NCBI GenBank assembly: GCA_043806635.1
Contig: JAZDGT010000002.1
Span: 41,974-105,973 of the forward strand
Direction: 5' to 3'
DNA length: 64,000 nt
From: Methanobacteriota archaeon
GTDB lineage: Archaea; Thermoplasmatota; E2; DHVEG-1
Under the pieces are notes generated by a model. That model was not told the DNA's origin. It saw only the letters and a list, made by a program, of their open reading frames with translations, and did not search any database. Both the position numbers and the translations under genes were made by a program. This document shows positions 49,226-57,800 of the stretch, in pieces; position 1 is the stretch's first letter; the number at the start of each line of letters is the position of its first letter.

Positions 49226-49255
49226 TTGTGCTGGGTGTAGGCCGTAAGCCTCTTT
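49226..49255 (+). repeat. Cassette-boundary repeat, copy D (core only).
   Basis: TTGTGCTGGGTGTAGGCCGTAAGCCTCTTT, 30/30 identical to copy C. Confidence 0.85.
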
Positions 49256-49267
49256 CTGTTTCTTATT

Positions 49268-49708
49268 TTATAGGATTTTTATTCGCTTAAAATTTTTACT
49301 TTTAATGATTTGTATTAAGTTATCTCCACTATTTTTTACCGGACTTGTCAGTGGACCATGCATGGTTTTTGATTGAATTCCGATAAAAAATATTTTTTTT
49401 ACATATTGTTCCAGATATGATATGAGAATAGAAAGGGGAATCCCATGAGTGCTGATGTGCATGGTTCCTATTTTTTCTTTGGGGATGATTCGGATTTTAC
49501 CAGGGGGTAACTGCATTTCTGCGGCGTCAATGAGGAGGAGGGTGGTTGGTTTCTGTTGTTTCACAACGGAGGTATAGTTTTCTGGTGTTGTTCCGCAATC
49601 AATCGCAGAGATAGTGGAGTGTTTTTTATGTAAAGTGTCATAAATATAGGGGCCAACAGCATCGTCTCCGCCGTCTCGATTTCCGATGCAGAGGATTAGG
49701 AGGCTCAT
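49268..49708 (-). CDS. hycI: Hydrogenase maturation endopeptidase (HycI-like).
   Basis: LILCIGNRDGGDDAVGPYI...IDCGTTPENY...LLLIDAAEMQLPPGKIRII...STHGIPL parallels E. coli HycI throughout. Confidence 0.8.
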   Translation of the reverse strand: MSLLILCIGNRDGGDDAVGPYIYDTLHKKHSTISAIDCGTTPENYTSVVKQQKPTTLLLIDAAEMQLPPGKIRIIPKEKIGTMHISTHGIPLSILISYLEQYVKKIFFIGIQSKTMHGPLTSPVKNSGDNLIQIIKSKNFKRIKIL

Positions 49709-49807
49709 GTCGTGTTTCGTATAACCTTCTTTTACATAAGGGTTCCGAATGCTTTAAATCCCTTCTGGATATACACGAAATCTAAGAAATATGAAGGAGA
49801 TGAAGAT

Positions 49808-50920
49808 ATGACGAAACGTGTCTACAATTTTTATGCAGGCCCAGCAACGTTACCGCTTACTGTTTTAAAAAAAGTTCAAGAAGAACTCCTTGATTTCCAT
49901 GGAACCGGGATGTCCATCCTTGAAATCTCCCATCGATCGAAAGAATATGATGAAGTCCATAAGAAAGCATCCGAGCTTCTGAGGGAGCTTATGGGTATCC
50001 CAAGCGATTATAAGGTTCTCTGGTTACAGGGTGGTGCCTCGTCGCAGTTCTTCATGGTGCCGTTAAATCTTCAGCAACCCGGGAAACCGATGGAATACGT
50101 CCTCACGGGTGCGTGGGCGAAGAAAGCCATTAAAGAAGCAAAGCTGTATGGTGAAGTAAAAATTGTTGCCTCCTCGGAGGATAAAAAATTTTCGTATATC
50201 CCTAAAAATGTGGTGTTTAATGAGAACGCCGCGTTTGCTCATATCACCGGGAATGAGACCATCGGAGGTGTTGAATGGTTCGAATGGCCGAAAGTCCCAA
50301 GCACTGTTCCTCTAGCATGTGATATGTCCTCGAATTTTATGGATAAGGTTATCGATGTGAAAAAATTTGGTGTTATTTACGCGGGTGCTCAGAAGAACCT
50401 CGGGCCAGCAGGAGTCACCGTTGTGATCGTCCGAGAGGATCTCCTCAACCGGGTTCCTGAGAATGCACCTACGATGCTGAAATGGAAGACCCATGTCGAA
50501 AAAGATTCTTTGTACAATACGAGCCCATGTTTCGCTATTTACATTTGTGAGCTCGTGCTGGAGTATCTGAAATCCCTTGGTGGAATCCCTGCCATGGAGA
50601 AACAGAACCGGAAGAAAGCAAAAATGGTGTATGACGTAATTGATAAATCAAATGGATTCTATCGTGGTGTTGCACAGCCTGATTCTCGATCATTGATGAA
50701 TATCACCTTTAATCTTGCAACCCCTGAGCTTGAAGCGAAATGTGTTGAAGAAGCAAAGAAACGAGGGCTCATTGGTTTGAAGGGTCATCGAGACGTTGGT
50801 GGTATGCGCGCATCGGTGTATAATGCGATGTCTCTTGAAGGTGTCGAAGTATTGTGTAAATTTTTAAAGGAATTCCACGAGCAAAACCAACAAGAATCAG
50901 TTGTGAAAGAATATCGATAA
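49808..50920 (+). CDS. serC: Phosphoserine aminotransferase.
   Basis: YNFYAGPATLP, GGASSQF, YAGAQKNLGPAGVT (PLP lysine). ATG at 49808 follows GAAGGAG; the ORF track starts at 49712. Confidence 0.9.
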   Translation: MTKRVYNFYAGPATLPLTVLKKVQEELLDFHGTGMSILEISHRSKEYDEVHKKASELLRELMGIPSDYKVLWLQGGASSQFFMVPLNLQQPGKPMEYVLTGAWAKKAIKEAKLYGEVKIVASSEDKKFSYIPKNVVFNENAAFAHITGNETIGGVEWFEWPKVPSTVPLACDMSSNFMDKVIDVKKFGVIYAGAQKNLGPAGVTVVIVREDLLNRVPENAPTMLKWKTHVEKDSLYNTSPCFAIYICELVLEYLKSLGGIPAMEKQNRKKAKMVYDVIDKSNGFYRGVAQPDSRSLMNITFNLATPELEAKCVEEAKKRGLIGLKGHRDVGGMRASVYNAMSLEGVEVLCKFLKEFHEQNQQESVVKEYR

Positions 50921-51188
50921 CATAACCCAATATCGGTACTCTTTTTTTCTTTTATTCAGAAGTAATACGGCATTGTCTTAAAAGTCAATATAGCTCTCTG
51001 GGGCAAGAATAGAACGAGTAAAGACTATCAGGAGGCAACCAATACTTTCGAGACAAAGCCAAGTAATACTTTCACTGACCCTATTTTGACGTATATAAAT
51101 AAAGACAGCGATGACGTACTAATTAGACGCGAGATACGGGGGATAATGCCAGCCCCAACAAACGCTGGCATTTCTGCCACATTTTCTT

Positions 51189-51845
51189 TTAGAACTCATC
51201 CAAAGTTTTCGTCTTATGATTCCTCATGAGTTGTTGAGCAGTTTCCCAGGATCGTCGAACATGAGGAGGAAGATCACCATACCGCTCAACCCACGTCATA
51301 AGAAATTTTTTTGTGATTGGGTCAGCCGGGTACCCACTCCCTAATGGGAGCCCAAGTGTTTTTTCTAATTCATACGCTATCTTTCGAACATGCTGATCAC
51401 GGGTTGTCTTCGCAATGATAGACGCGGCACCTACCACGGGGTAGATCTCATCTGCTTTATGTTCTGAAATAATCCTTGGTTTCCACGATAGTCTTGAAGC
51501 AATATTTTTACCGAAACGGACCTCATTCACATCAGCAGCATCCACATAACACACATCAGGTTTCAGTTTCTCGATAACCTTACTAAAAAGAGAGACTTCA
51601 AGCTCATTCAATGTCATTGTTTTCCGTAAATCATCAATATCAGTAGCAGAAACAACGATAACCTCAGAGTTCACAGCAAGGTGCTGTATCTCGGTGACTA
51701 ATTGTTCTCGTTTCGCAGGAGAGAGCTGTTTGGAATCACGAACCCCAATTTGCATCAGGGGAGCATCATCCTGGACAGTTACTCCAGCAACGACGAGCGG
51801 ACCGAACACGGGCCCACGCCCAGCTTCATCAATACCACAGATCAT
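51189..51845 (-). CDS. rnhB: Ribonuclease HII.
   Basis: MICGIDEAGRGPVFGPLVVAG, DSKQL, ASIIAK. Confidence 0.9.
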   Translation of the reverse strand: MICGIDEAGRGPVFGPLVVAGVTVQDDAPLMQIGVRDSKQLSPAKREQLVTEIQHLAVNSEVIVVSATDIDDLRKTMTLNELEVSLFSKVIEKLKPDVCYVDAADVNEVRFGKNIASRLSWKPRIISEHKADEIYPVVGAASIIAKTTRDQHVRKIAYELEKTLGLPLGSGYPADPITKKFLMTWVERYGDLPPHVRRSWETAQQLMRNHKTKTLDEF

Positions 51846-51937
51846 CAGTGTCGTGTATCAATTATCAGTAAAAAGAGGTTACGTATAAGAAAAGAGAGGC
51901 AATTCTTTTAATATGAGACTTTATTCCAGCTAAGAAC

Positions 51938-52011
51938 GCCGCCGTAGCTTAGCCCGGTAAAGCGGCTGATTCGTAATCAGCAGACCAGGGGTCCAAATCC
52001 CTTCGGCGGCT
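51938..52011 (+). tRNA. tRNA-Thr (anticodon CGU).
   Basis: Acceptor GCCGCCG/CGGCGGC. Anticodon stem GCTGA/TCAGC with loop TTCGTAA. T arm AGGGG-TCCAAAT-CCCTT. Discriminator T. Folded by eye. Confidence 0.85.
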
Positions 52012-52168
52012 CTGATAATAATTAGCACGGTTATTAAACAGAAAAAAACCAGAATAATTACAACGTCCATATGCTCAATCCTTCACCTTGATCAAAGCTA
52101 TGTATTATTGGGGACCTTATCATAAACATGTTATTAAAAATTGATTTTTACTTATAATCTTTCCTTCA

Positions 52169-54352
52169 CTAATTGTAGATGCCATTGTATGCATTTATAA
52201 TTTTATTTAAATCATATTTTTCAGGATCTAAACAATCATAACACCAAATAAAAAAACCATCTCCGTTTGATTCCATTGAACTTTTTATAGCATTCACAAT
52301 ATCATTATCTGTATTATTATATGGACCGTAGATTTTGATATTAGACACTATTTGACAGGATACTTTTTCCTTAGTTTTATTACAGATTCGCCCAGCAATA
52401 TTAAGATCACTAACATTATCTAATGCCACAAATGGAAAAATTGTATTCAAATTACTCTCTAATTTTGACATATCTTGAGCCATATTGTAAGCTCCATATT
52501 CTTCCGGAAGTAAAACTGAACCGATTTCCAAATTTGGATAAGACTGTTTAATATAATTTCTCCATTCTTTAATAAATTCTTCAATTTCATCGCTCCTCCA
52601 TTCCATCCACAAATCATATTTTTCCATTCCCTGTCTGAAAAATCTTGGAAATCCTAATGTTTTTGTTTCTAAAATGAATTTAAGGTTGCTTTGGAAACAA
52701 TAGCAGCAATCAGATAAAAAGCGTGGATCGTATAATATGATACCATTGACCATTGGATATTTTTCTAATAACTTATCAGACCAAGATATTGCCCAATCTC
52801 GACTTTTTTTGTTACTAAAACAAATTTCTCTTTCATCTATTTCCCCATTTCGATGGACCTGATGTGGTATATTATATCCATCTCCAGGCAGAGTTCTAGC
52901 TCTATACATTAACCATAGCGTTATGTTTCTTTGTTGTGTTTCATTTAGAAAATCAGCTACTTTTTCAAATTGAGTATTCTCCCATGACCAAGTAATCCAT
53001 CCAAAGTCAACGATCACATGATTTATGTTACATTCTTCAATAAATGTGAGTATTTCTGAAATCGATGATTCATCACCAATTATATCAGAACCTACAGCAA
53101 TACCACGGAATTTATCCTCAATCCTCTGATATTCACTAAGAGAATAGCTCATATTTTCAATATAACCTTCAAGATTTTTCACCTCAAAACAACCGATAGC
53201 AAGTTTCTGAGAATTTGTTGCATTTAGAAAATGATTTTTTTGTTTATCTGACATATTTCTATTAAGATAATCCTCATAGTAATCCCAAACTTTTTCTGTA
53301 ATGTTAAGTACCTTATCAATAGAAAATATATTTGAAGATAATTGAAATATTTCTTGTTCGCAAAATGACCAGTTAAAAGACCACGTTATATTAGCATTAG
53401 ATGTGCCCCAATAAGCAATCAAACCTCCTTCAGGATGATGCCCATTAATAATATTACTTGAAGTTTCATCACAAGGAAATGCAATAAATTGTATTGTATA
53501 GTTTTGATACCATTCTGGCATTCTTCCAATGTCTGATTCTAACCTAATCCAACCATATGGATGAGCATAATATTCGATAATATAATGAGTTGGATATACC
53601 ATCAGTACTCTTGCAGGTATACCATTAGCTCTTAGAAGAGCTGAAGCAAGATTTGCTGATCCCATACAATTACCGCCCTTAGTTCTAAGAGTTGTTAGCG
53701 CATCTTGATACCCTCCTCTGGATTCTAAAGGTCCTGTAAAATCAGCTACTTTTTCTGCGAGTTTTATAACATCGTTACTCATTCCTTTTAACATCTTAGC
53801 CCGTAGGTTAATTCTCCAATGATCAGATTGTATAAATTCAGAGGGCAACAACCATTTTTTAACATCGTTTGGTAAATCTTTTCTAGGTGTAACCCTAATG
53901 TTTTCAGGTAAATCGTCGAAGTTATTTTCTCTAACAACAACAGATATGGACCAAAAAAGCTTCAGAGTTTCTCCTTTAGTCATACCTAATAAATTAATCC
54001 TCAATAAAGAGTTTAAACTTGAATAATCATTAGCTATTCCAAATTCTGTTACTTTGTTGACAGGTTCAGTCCAAACATTATTTACGATTATAGGAGACTG
54101 ACTTTCACAGACTATTGGCATATGACAATATATTTGAAATGAGTCTACTGAATCAGAAGCAATTAAATCATAACATCCAGTAAGATTTTTTAAATAGATA
54201 TTTTTAATATCTAAAATATTGTTATAAATAGTGTTCATAATATTTGAAAAATTATCAGTTTTAATATTACTCGAAACTACGGGTAAAAGGAATGAAGTAA
54301 AGATCATGATGGTGATAATTGCTTTAGTATTCATTGCTAGATAATTAACCAT
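52169..54352 (-). CDS. Secreted or membrane-anchored transglutaminase-like cysteine protease-fold protein with a C-terminal TIM-barrel-like (glycosidase-like) region (727 aa).
   Basis: N-terminal helix AIITIMIFTSFLLPVVSS. Transglutaminase core GGNCMGSANLASALLRANGIPARV...AHPYGWIRLESD (Cys-His-Asp). The C-terminal half has alternating beta/alpha patterns. Very AT-rich. Confidence 0.6.
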   Translation of the reverse strand: MVNYLAMNTKAIITIMIFTSFLLPVVSSNIKTDNFSNIMNTIYNNILDIKNIYLKNLTGCYDLIASDSVDSFQIYCHMPIVCESQSPIIVNNVWTEPVNKVTEFGIANDYSSLNSLLRINLLGMTKGETLKLFWSISVVVRENNFDDLPENIRVTPRKDLPNDVKKWLLPSEFIQSDHWRINLRAKMLKGMSNDVIKLAEKVADFTGPLESRGGYQDALTTLRTKGGNCMGSANLASALLRANGIPARVLMVYPTHYIIEYYAHPYGWIRLESDIGRMPEWYQNYTIQFIAFPCDETSSNIINGHHPEGGLIAYWGTSNANITWSFNWSFCEQEIFQLSSNIFSIDKVLNITEKVWDYYEDYLNRNMSDKQKNHFLNATNSQKLAIGCFEVKNLEGYIENMSYSLSEYQRIEDKFRGIAVGSDIIGDESSISEILTFIEECNINHVIVDFGWITWSWENTQFEKVADFLNETQQRNITLWLMYRARTLPGDGYNIPHQVHRNGEIDEREICFSNKKSRDWAISWSDKLLEKYPMVNGIILYDPRFLSDCCYCFQSNLKFILETKTLGFPRFFRQGMEKYDLWMEWRSDEIEEFIKEWRNYIKQSYPNLEIGSVLLPEEYGAYNMAQDMSKLESNLNTIFPFVALDNVSDLNIAGRICNKTKEKVSCQIVSNIKIYGPYNNTDNDIVNAIKSSMESNGDGFFIWCYDCLDPEKYDLNKIINAYNGIYN

Positions 54353-54519
54353 CTTAATATAAATATTTTTCTTAAAAATAATAAAGAACTTTTTAATAAT
54401 TGAAATAAACGTCTGTTCGGAATTTTTTCAAAGATAAAGTGATTTGAATTTGATATATAAACATCTTCTTACTGGAGTAAATTATTAGAACAATTGCTGG
54501 GGCTTTGAACCTTTTGTTA

Positions 54520-54536
54520 AAATCCCTTCGGCGGCT
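54520..54536 (+). repeat. 17-nt exact duplicate of the 3' end of tRNA-Thr (AAATCCCTTCGGCGGCT). Candidate att remnant.
   Basis: Identical to 51995..52011, in the same orientation. Confidence 0.8.
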
Positions 54537-54549
54537 TACAAGAAAAAAG

Positions 54550-54675
54550 ATTATATTTTTTCTGAAAAAAACGAGGCTTCTGTTTTCGCTTTCCACTCTG
54601 AATTCCCTTTGTTGATAAACCGCTCATAAAGGGCGTCTTCATTGAGTTGTTTTACGGCCTTGTTCACATCAATCA
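54550..54675 (-). CDS. Possible small ORF (41 aa), MIDVNKAVKQLNEDALYERFINKGNSEWKAKTEASFFSEKI.
   Basis: ATG preceded by GAGGAGTGATGTGAA. Below the ORF-track cutoff. No homology recognised. Confidence 0.3.
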
Positions 54676-54816
54676 TTTCACATCACTCCTCAATCCTTAT
54701 TCTGTAGGATTACCTTATAAAGTGTTGTTGTACACGTAGTACCCAGCTTCTGTACAGTTGTTACCGGAAATCGATTCTAATATATTTCACAGGTATCTTC
54801 ATTAAAAAAAATTCAT

Positions 54817-57800
54817 TTAACGTTCTTCATATGCATACGCGGTTTTAAACCACCAAACCGGACCATCACGATGATTACCGTGACCATCATAGACGACAAT
54901 CATCCAGAAATATTTCGTCATACCCTCCATATGTCCACCAGGGAAAAGCACCCCTGGCATGAACTCAGCGACGGAGAACCTCCTCTGTACTAATGGAGGA
55001 GGATTCGTTTTCCCAAAATACACATCATACATCACCGGGTCATCATCAGGATCTCCTCCAGTCCACTGCAACGAGGAATACACATTCACATAGCTTTGAC
55101 CCCGATATGGCACCGGATTATACGGTTCAAACGGAGGATAATTCAAATCCCAGCCGCTCCAAGACATAAACGGGTACTGATCCTGATTAGTTCCACCTGA
55201 AATATTCATGGGGGTATCCCCGATACCATCATATCCTGACCAGTTCTGTCCCGGCCCTGAAAAACGATCACAACCCGGATATGTATTCCAATAATTCCCA
55301 CCATCAGGATACTCGATGTTCCATTGGTTATTCCCCAAATCATACGCGTTTTCAGGGTTATCAAAAGTATTATGATAGAAGAGGTTGAATGCTGTACTGT
55401 CTTCTAACCTAACACCCTGATTATTATCAAGAAAAATGTTCTCAACAAAAACATTGTATCGTGATGCAGAAAGATACCCACCCATGATGTTGTCTGTGAT
55501 ACGGTTTCCCGTGATACTATTATTCTGCGACCAATAGGCAAGCTCGATTGCTTTCGTATTATTTATAAAAGTGTTTTCCATCAGCGTGTTATTCGAAGAC
55601 CCCACAAACATAACCCCGGTTGAATACCCTGCGATGGTTCCAAGAAACGTATTTCCGATGATCGTATTGTAGGAGTTCTGAAAAAAGGGACTATACAAGA
55701 TCAGACCAAGGCGATTATGAGTAAAGAGATTCCCAGAAATAACACAATTCTGTATATCATGCAGACAGAGACCATAATTTGCATCAGTAATACTGGTTTC
55801 CAACACCGTGACGTTGTTTGCATAAATGTTGATCCCAGCGAAGATATCAAATAACATGAACCCGGGATTACGAATGGTGAGTCGCCTCAGAATAACGTCC
55901 TCAGCATCCACACAGATACCATCGCGTATATGACACGAGTCAATAACAGGGTGATATGCAGCATTTCCAATAAGGGTAAGTGGTTTATCAATGTACACGC
56001 TTTCATAATACTCTCGACCATCAATGGAGAGGAGATCACCAGTATCCGCTTCATCGACAGCATCCTGAATCGTCCAATAATACGTTTTTTTGAGAATATT
56101 GTACACCGTTGATTGATTTGCTATCATGACAACAAGGTGATCCTGGCTCACTTGTTTTTCTTGACTCATAACGGTTAACCGCAGGGTGTAGGGGCCATTA
56201 CTCAGATTTCTGGTATCCCAGTATGCGACAACATCGTCAATGATTTCTTCAGTACCATTCGCAGGTAACACTATTCCGTTATTCATCCAGAGTGTTGGCT
56301 GAAAACCAGATCCATATTCAACGATATAATGATGAAAAGTGGATTCTGGGGTATTCCCGCGACAGGCACGTCCCCTCAGTGAGACCTGTTGATGATATGA
56401 GGGGGGAAACACAAGGTATTTTCCCTGCTCAATCACGGTCATAAAATGAGCAGTAGGGCGGGTAAGATTCATCTGAATCTGGGTTTCAGGATCCCCTAGT
56501 AAGTTTAAGGTGTATTGAGTCCATCGATCATAGCAATCCTGAACACCCTCGGATTCCTTTGATTGTTGCAGAGCCACCCCTAGGTTTGTTGGTTGATGAT
56601 GCGCGGAAAACTCCATTAACGTCCGAAAAAACGATCGCTCAAATCGATCGTTCTTCCCTTCAATAGTTCCCGGTTCGTACCACCCATACCGGGAGTTACC
56701 AATATATGCAAATGCTCCACCTGATGCAACCACGAATTCTTCACCAAGAGCATCCGTTGTGTATTCACCATAGAAATCACGGTTATCAAAAGCAGCGGAA
56801 TAACACCCACCGCTATAAAACAGACAATAGCGGGTATTCGTGAGCTGATGAGCCGTCTGGACAGTAACACCTTCGCATCCATGATTATTCGCATGCCCAC
56901 TGTAGCTTACAATATGTGTTCCTTGATTTAATTCGGTAAATATTCTCGTTTGATTAAAGGTATGATCACGAGTATACACACGAGTAACGGTATAGTGAGG
57001 GATGATGCCGAGGACCGCGTCTTTTGAGGTCCCTCTTTCTGTTCTGCTATCTGAGCGAGGACCGATCATAAGCGCTTTCTGCACATAGGAATCATCATGT
57101 GTTACAGTATATTCATAGGCGATTGTTTTATTCACAAAATGATTTGCTTCAGCGACTGAATCAACGGGTGCTCTCCCGATACTTATCTCCGCATAAAAAT
57201 CAGCTTCTTCACCGTTATCACCTGATTCAAAATCCTCTGGTGGATCACCAGGATACGGCCAGGGTGTTTCACCAAAAATACCATCCTCGTCAGCATCCCA
57301 GCTTCCATCAAGACACGCGTAATACATATCGCAGGGGATATCATAGTCAGAATAGAAGCTCTGATTCATCGTATACACGTACATCCCTCGATGAGGAATC
57401 ACGGGTTCTTCTGCATCACCGCCTAACAATACATAGGTCGTACTCCAGTTCCGATATGCCATTTTTATGAAATTCCGTATCTGACAAGACGTATCATTAA
57501 AGTGGTTTTCGTCTCCACCATCACCCCAAAATCCATTGACCCAGAAAGTAGTATTCCTCACGATATCCTCAACAGAGACTAGCTTGCAGCTGAGATTACG
57601 ATAGGGTGTGTATAAACCACGAGTTGACTTCCATTCAAGAAGGCGTTCAAAAACATCCTGATACGCAGAGGAGGTGATGATCACATACTCATAACGCGTA
57701 TCATTTACCTGGGTACGCATCGGATAGGTATCAAGAATTTCGGGGTTATCAACAAGACCACTAACGTATTCTTTATCCAGGGTGCACCCTCGATACCAAT

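Noticed and set aside
47075-49255. Possibility that the four repeats form a CRISPR array.
   Set aside because: The spacing is about 630-890 bp, not about 30-40 bp. The intervals contain complete genes, and no cas genes are present.
47075-49255. Calling the region a bona fide integron.
   Set aside because: There is no intI-like recombinase or attI in the window. The repeat does not match the attC R''/R' consensus, and its inverted-repeat structure is short. It is reported only as integron-like in layout.
50921-51188. A 268-bp spacer between the convergent serC and rnhB genes. It contains a TATA-like GTATATAAATA, direct repeats AATACTTTC x2, and a 9-bp-stem hairpin (AATGCCAGC...GCTGGCATT, 51145..51172) followed by a T tract. 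I considered a C/D-box or other small RNA.
   Set aside because: No proper C (RUGAUGA) and D (CUGA) box pair in the right arrangement could be found, and nothing else is recognisable. It may be a small RNA or just terminators, and cannot be decided by eye.
54393-54596. 67-aa minus-strand ORF.
   Set aside because: It reads through the tRNA-fragment repeat and AT-rich spacer, the sequence is low-complexity (FFLVSRRRDFNKRFK...), and there is no SD.
54550-54675. Idea that the 41-aa ORF next to the tRNA-fragment repeat is the N-terminal half of an SSV-type split integrase.
   Set aside because: It lies outside the repeat-bounded islet, stops before the repeat, and shows no integrase motif. It is kept only as a low-confidence small ORF.
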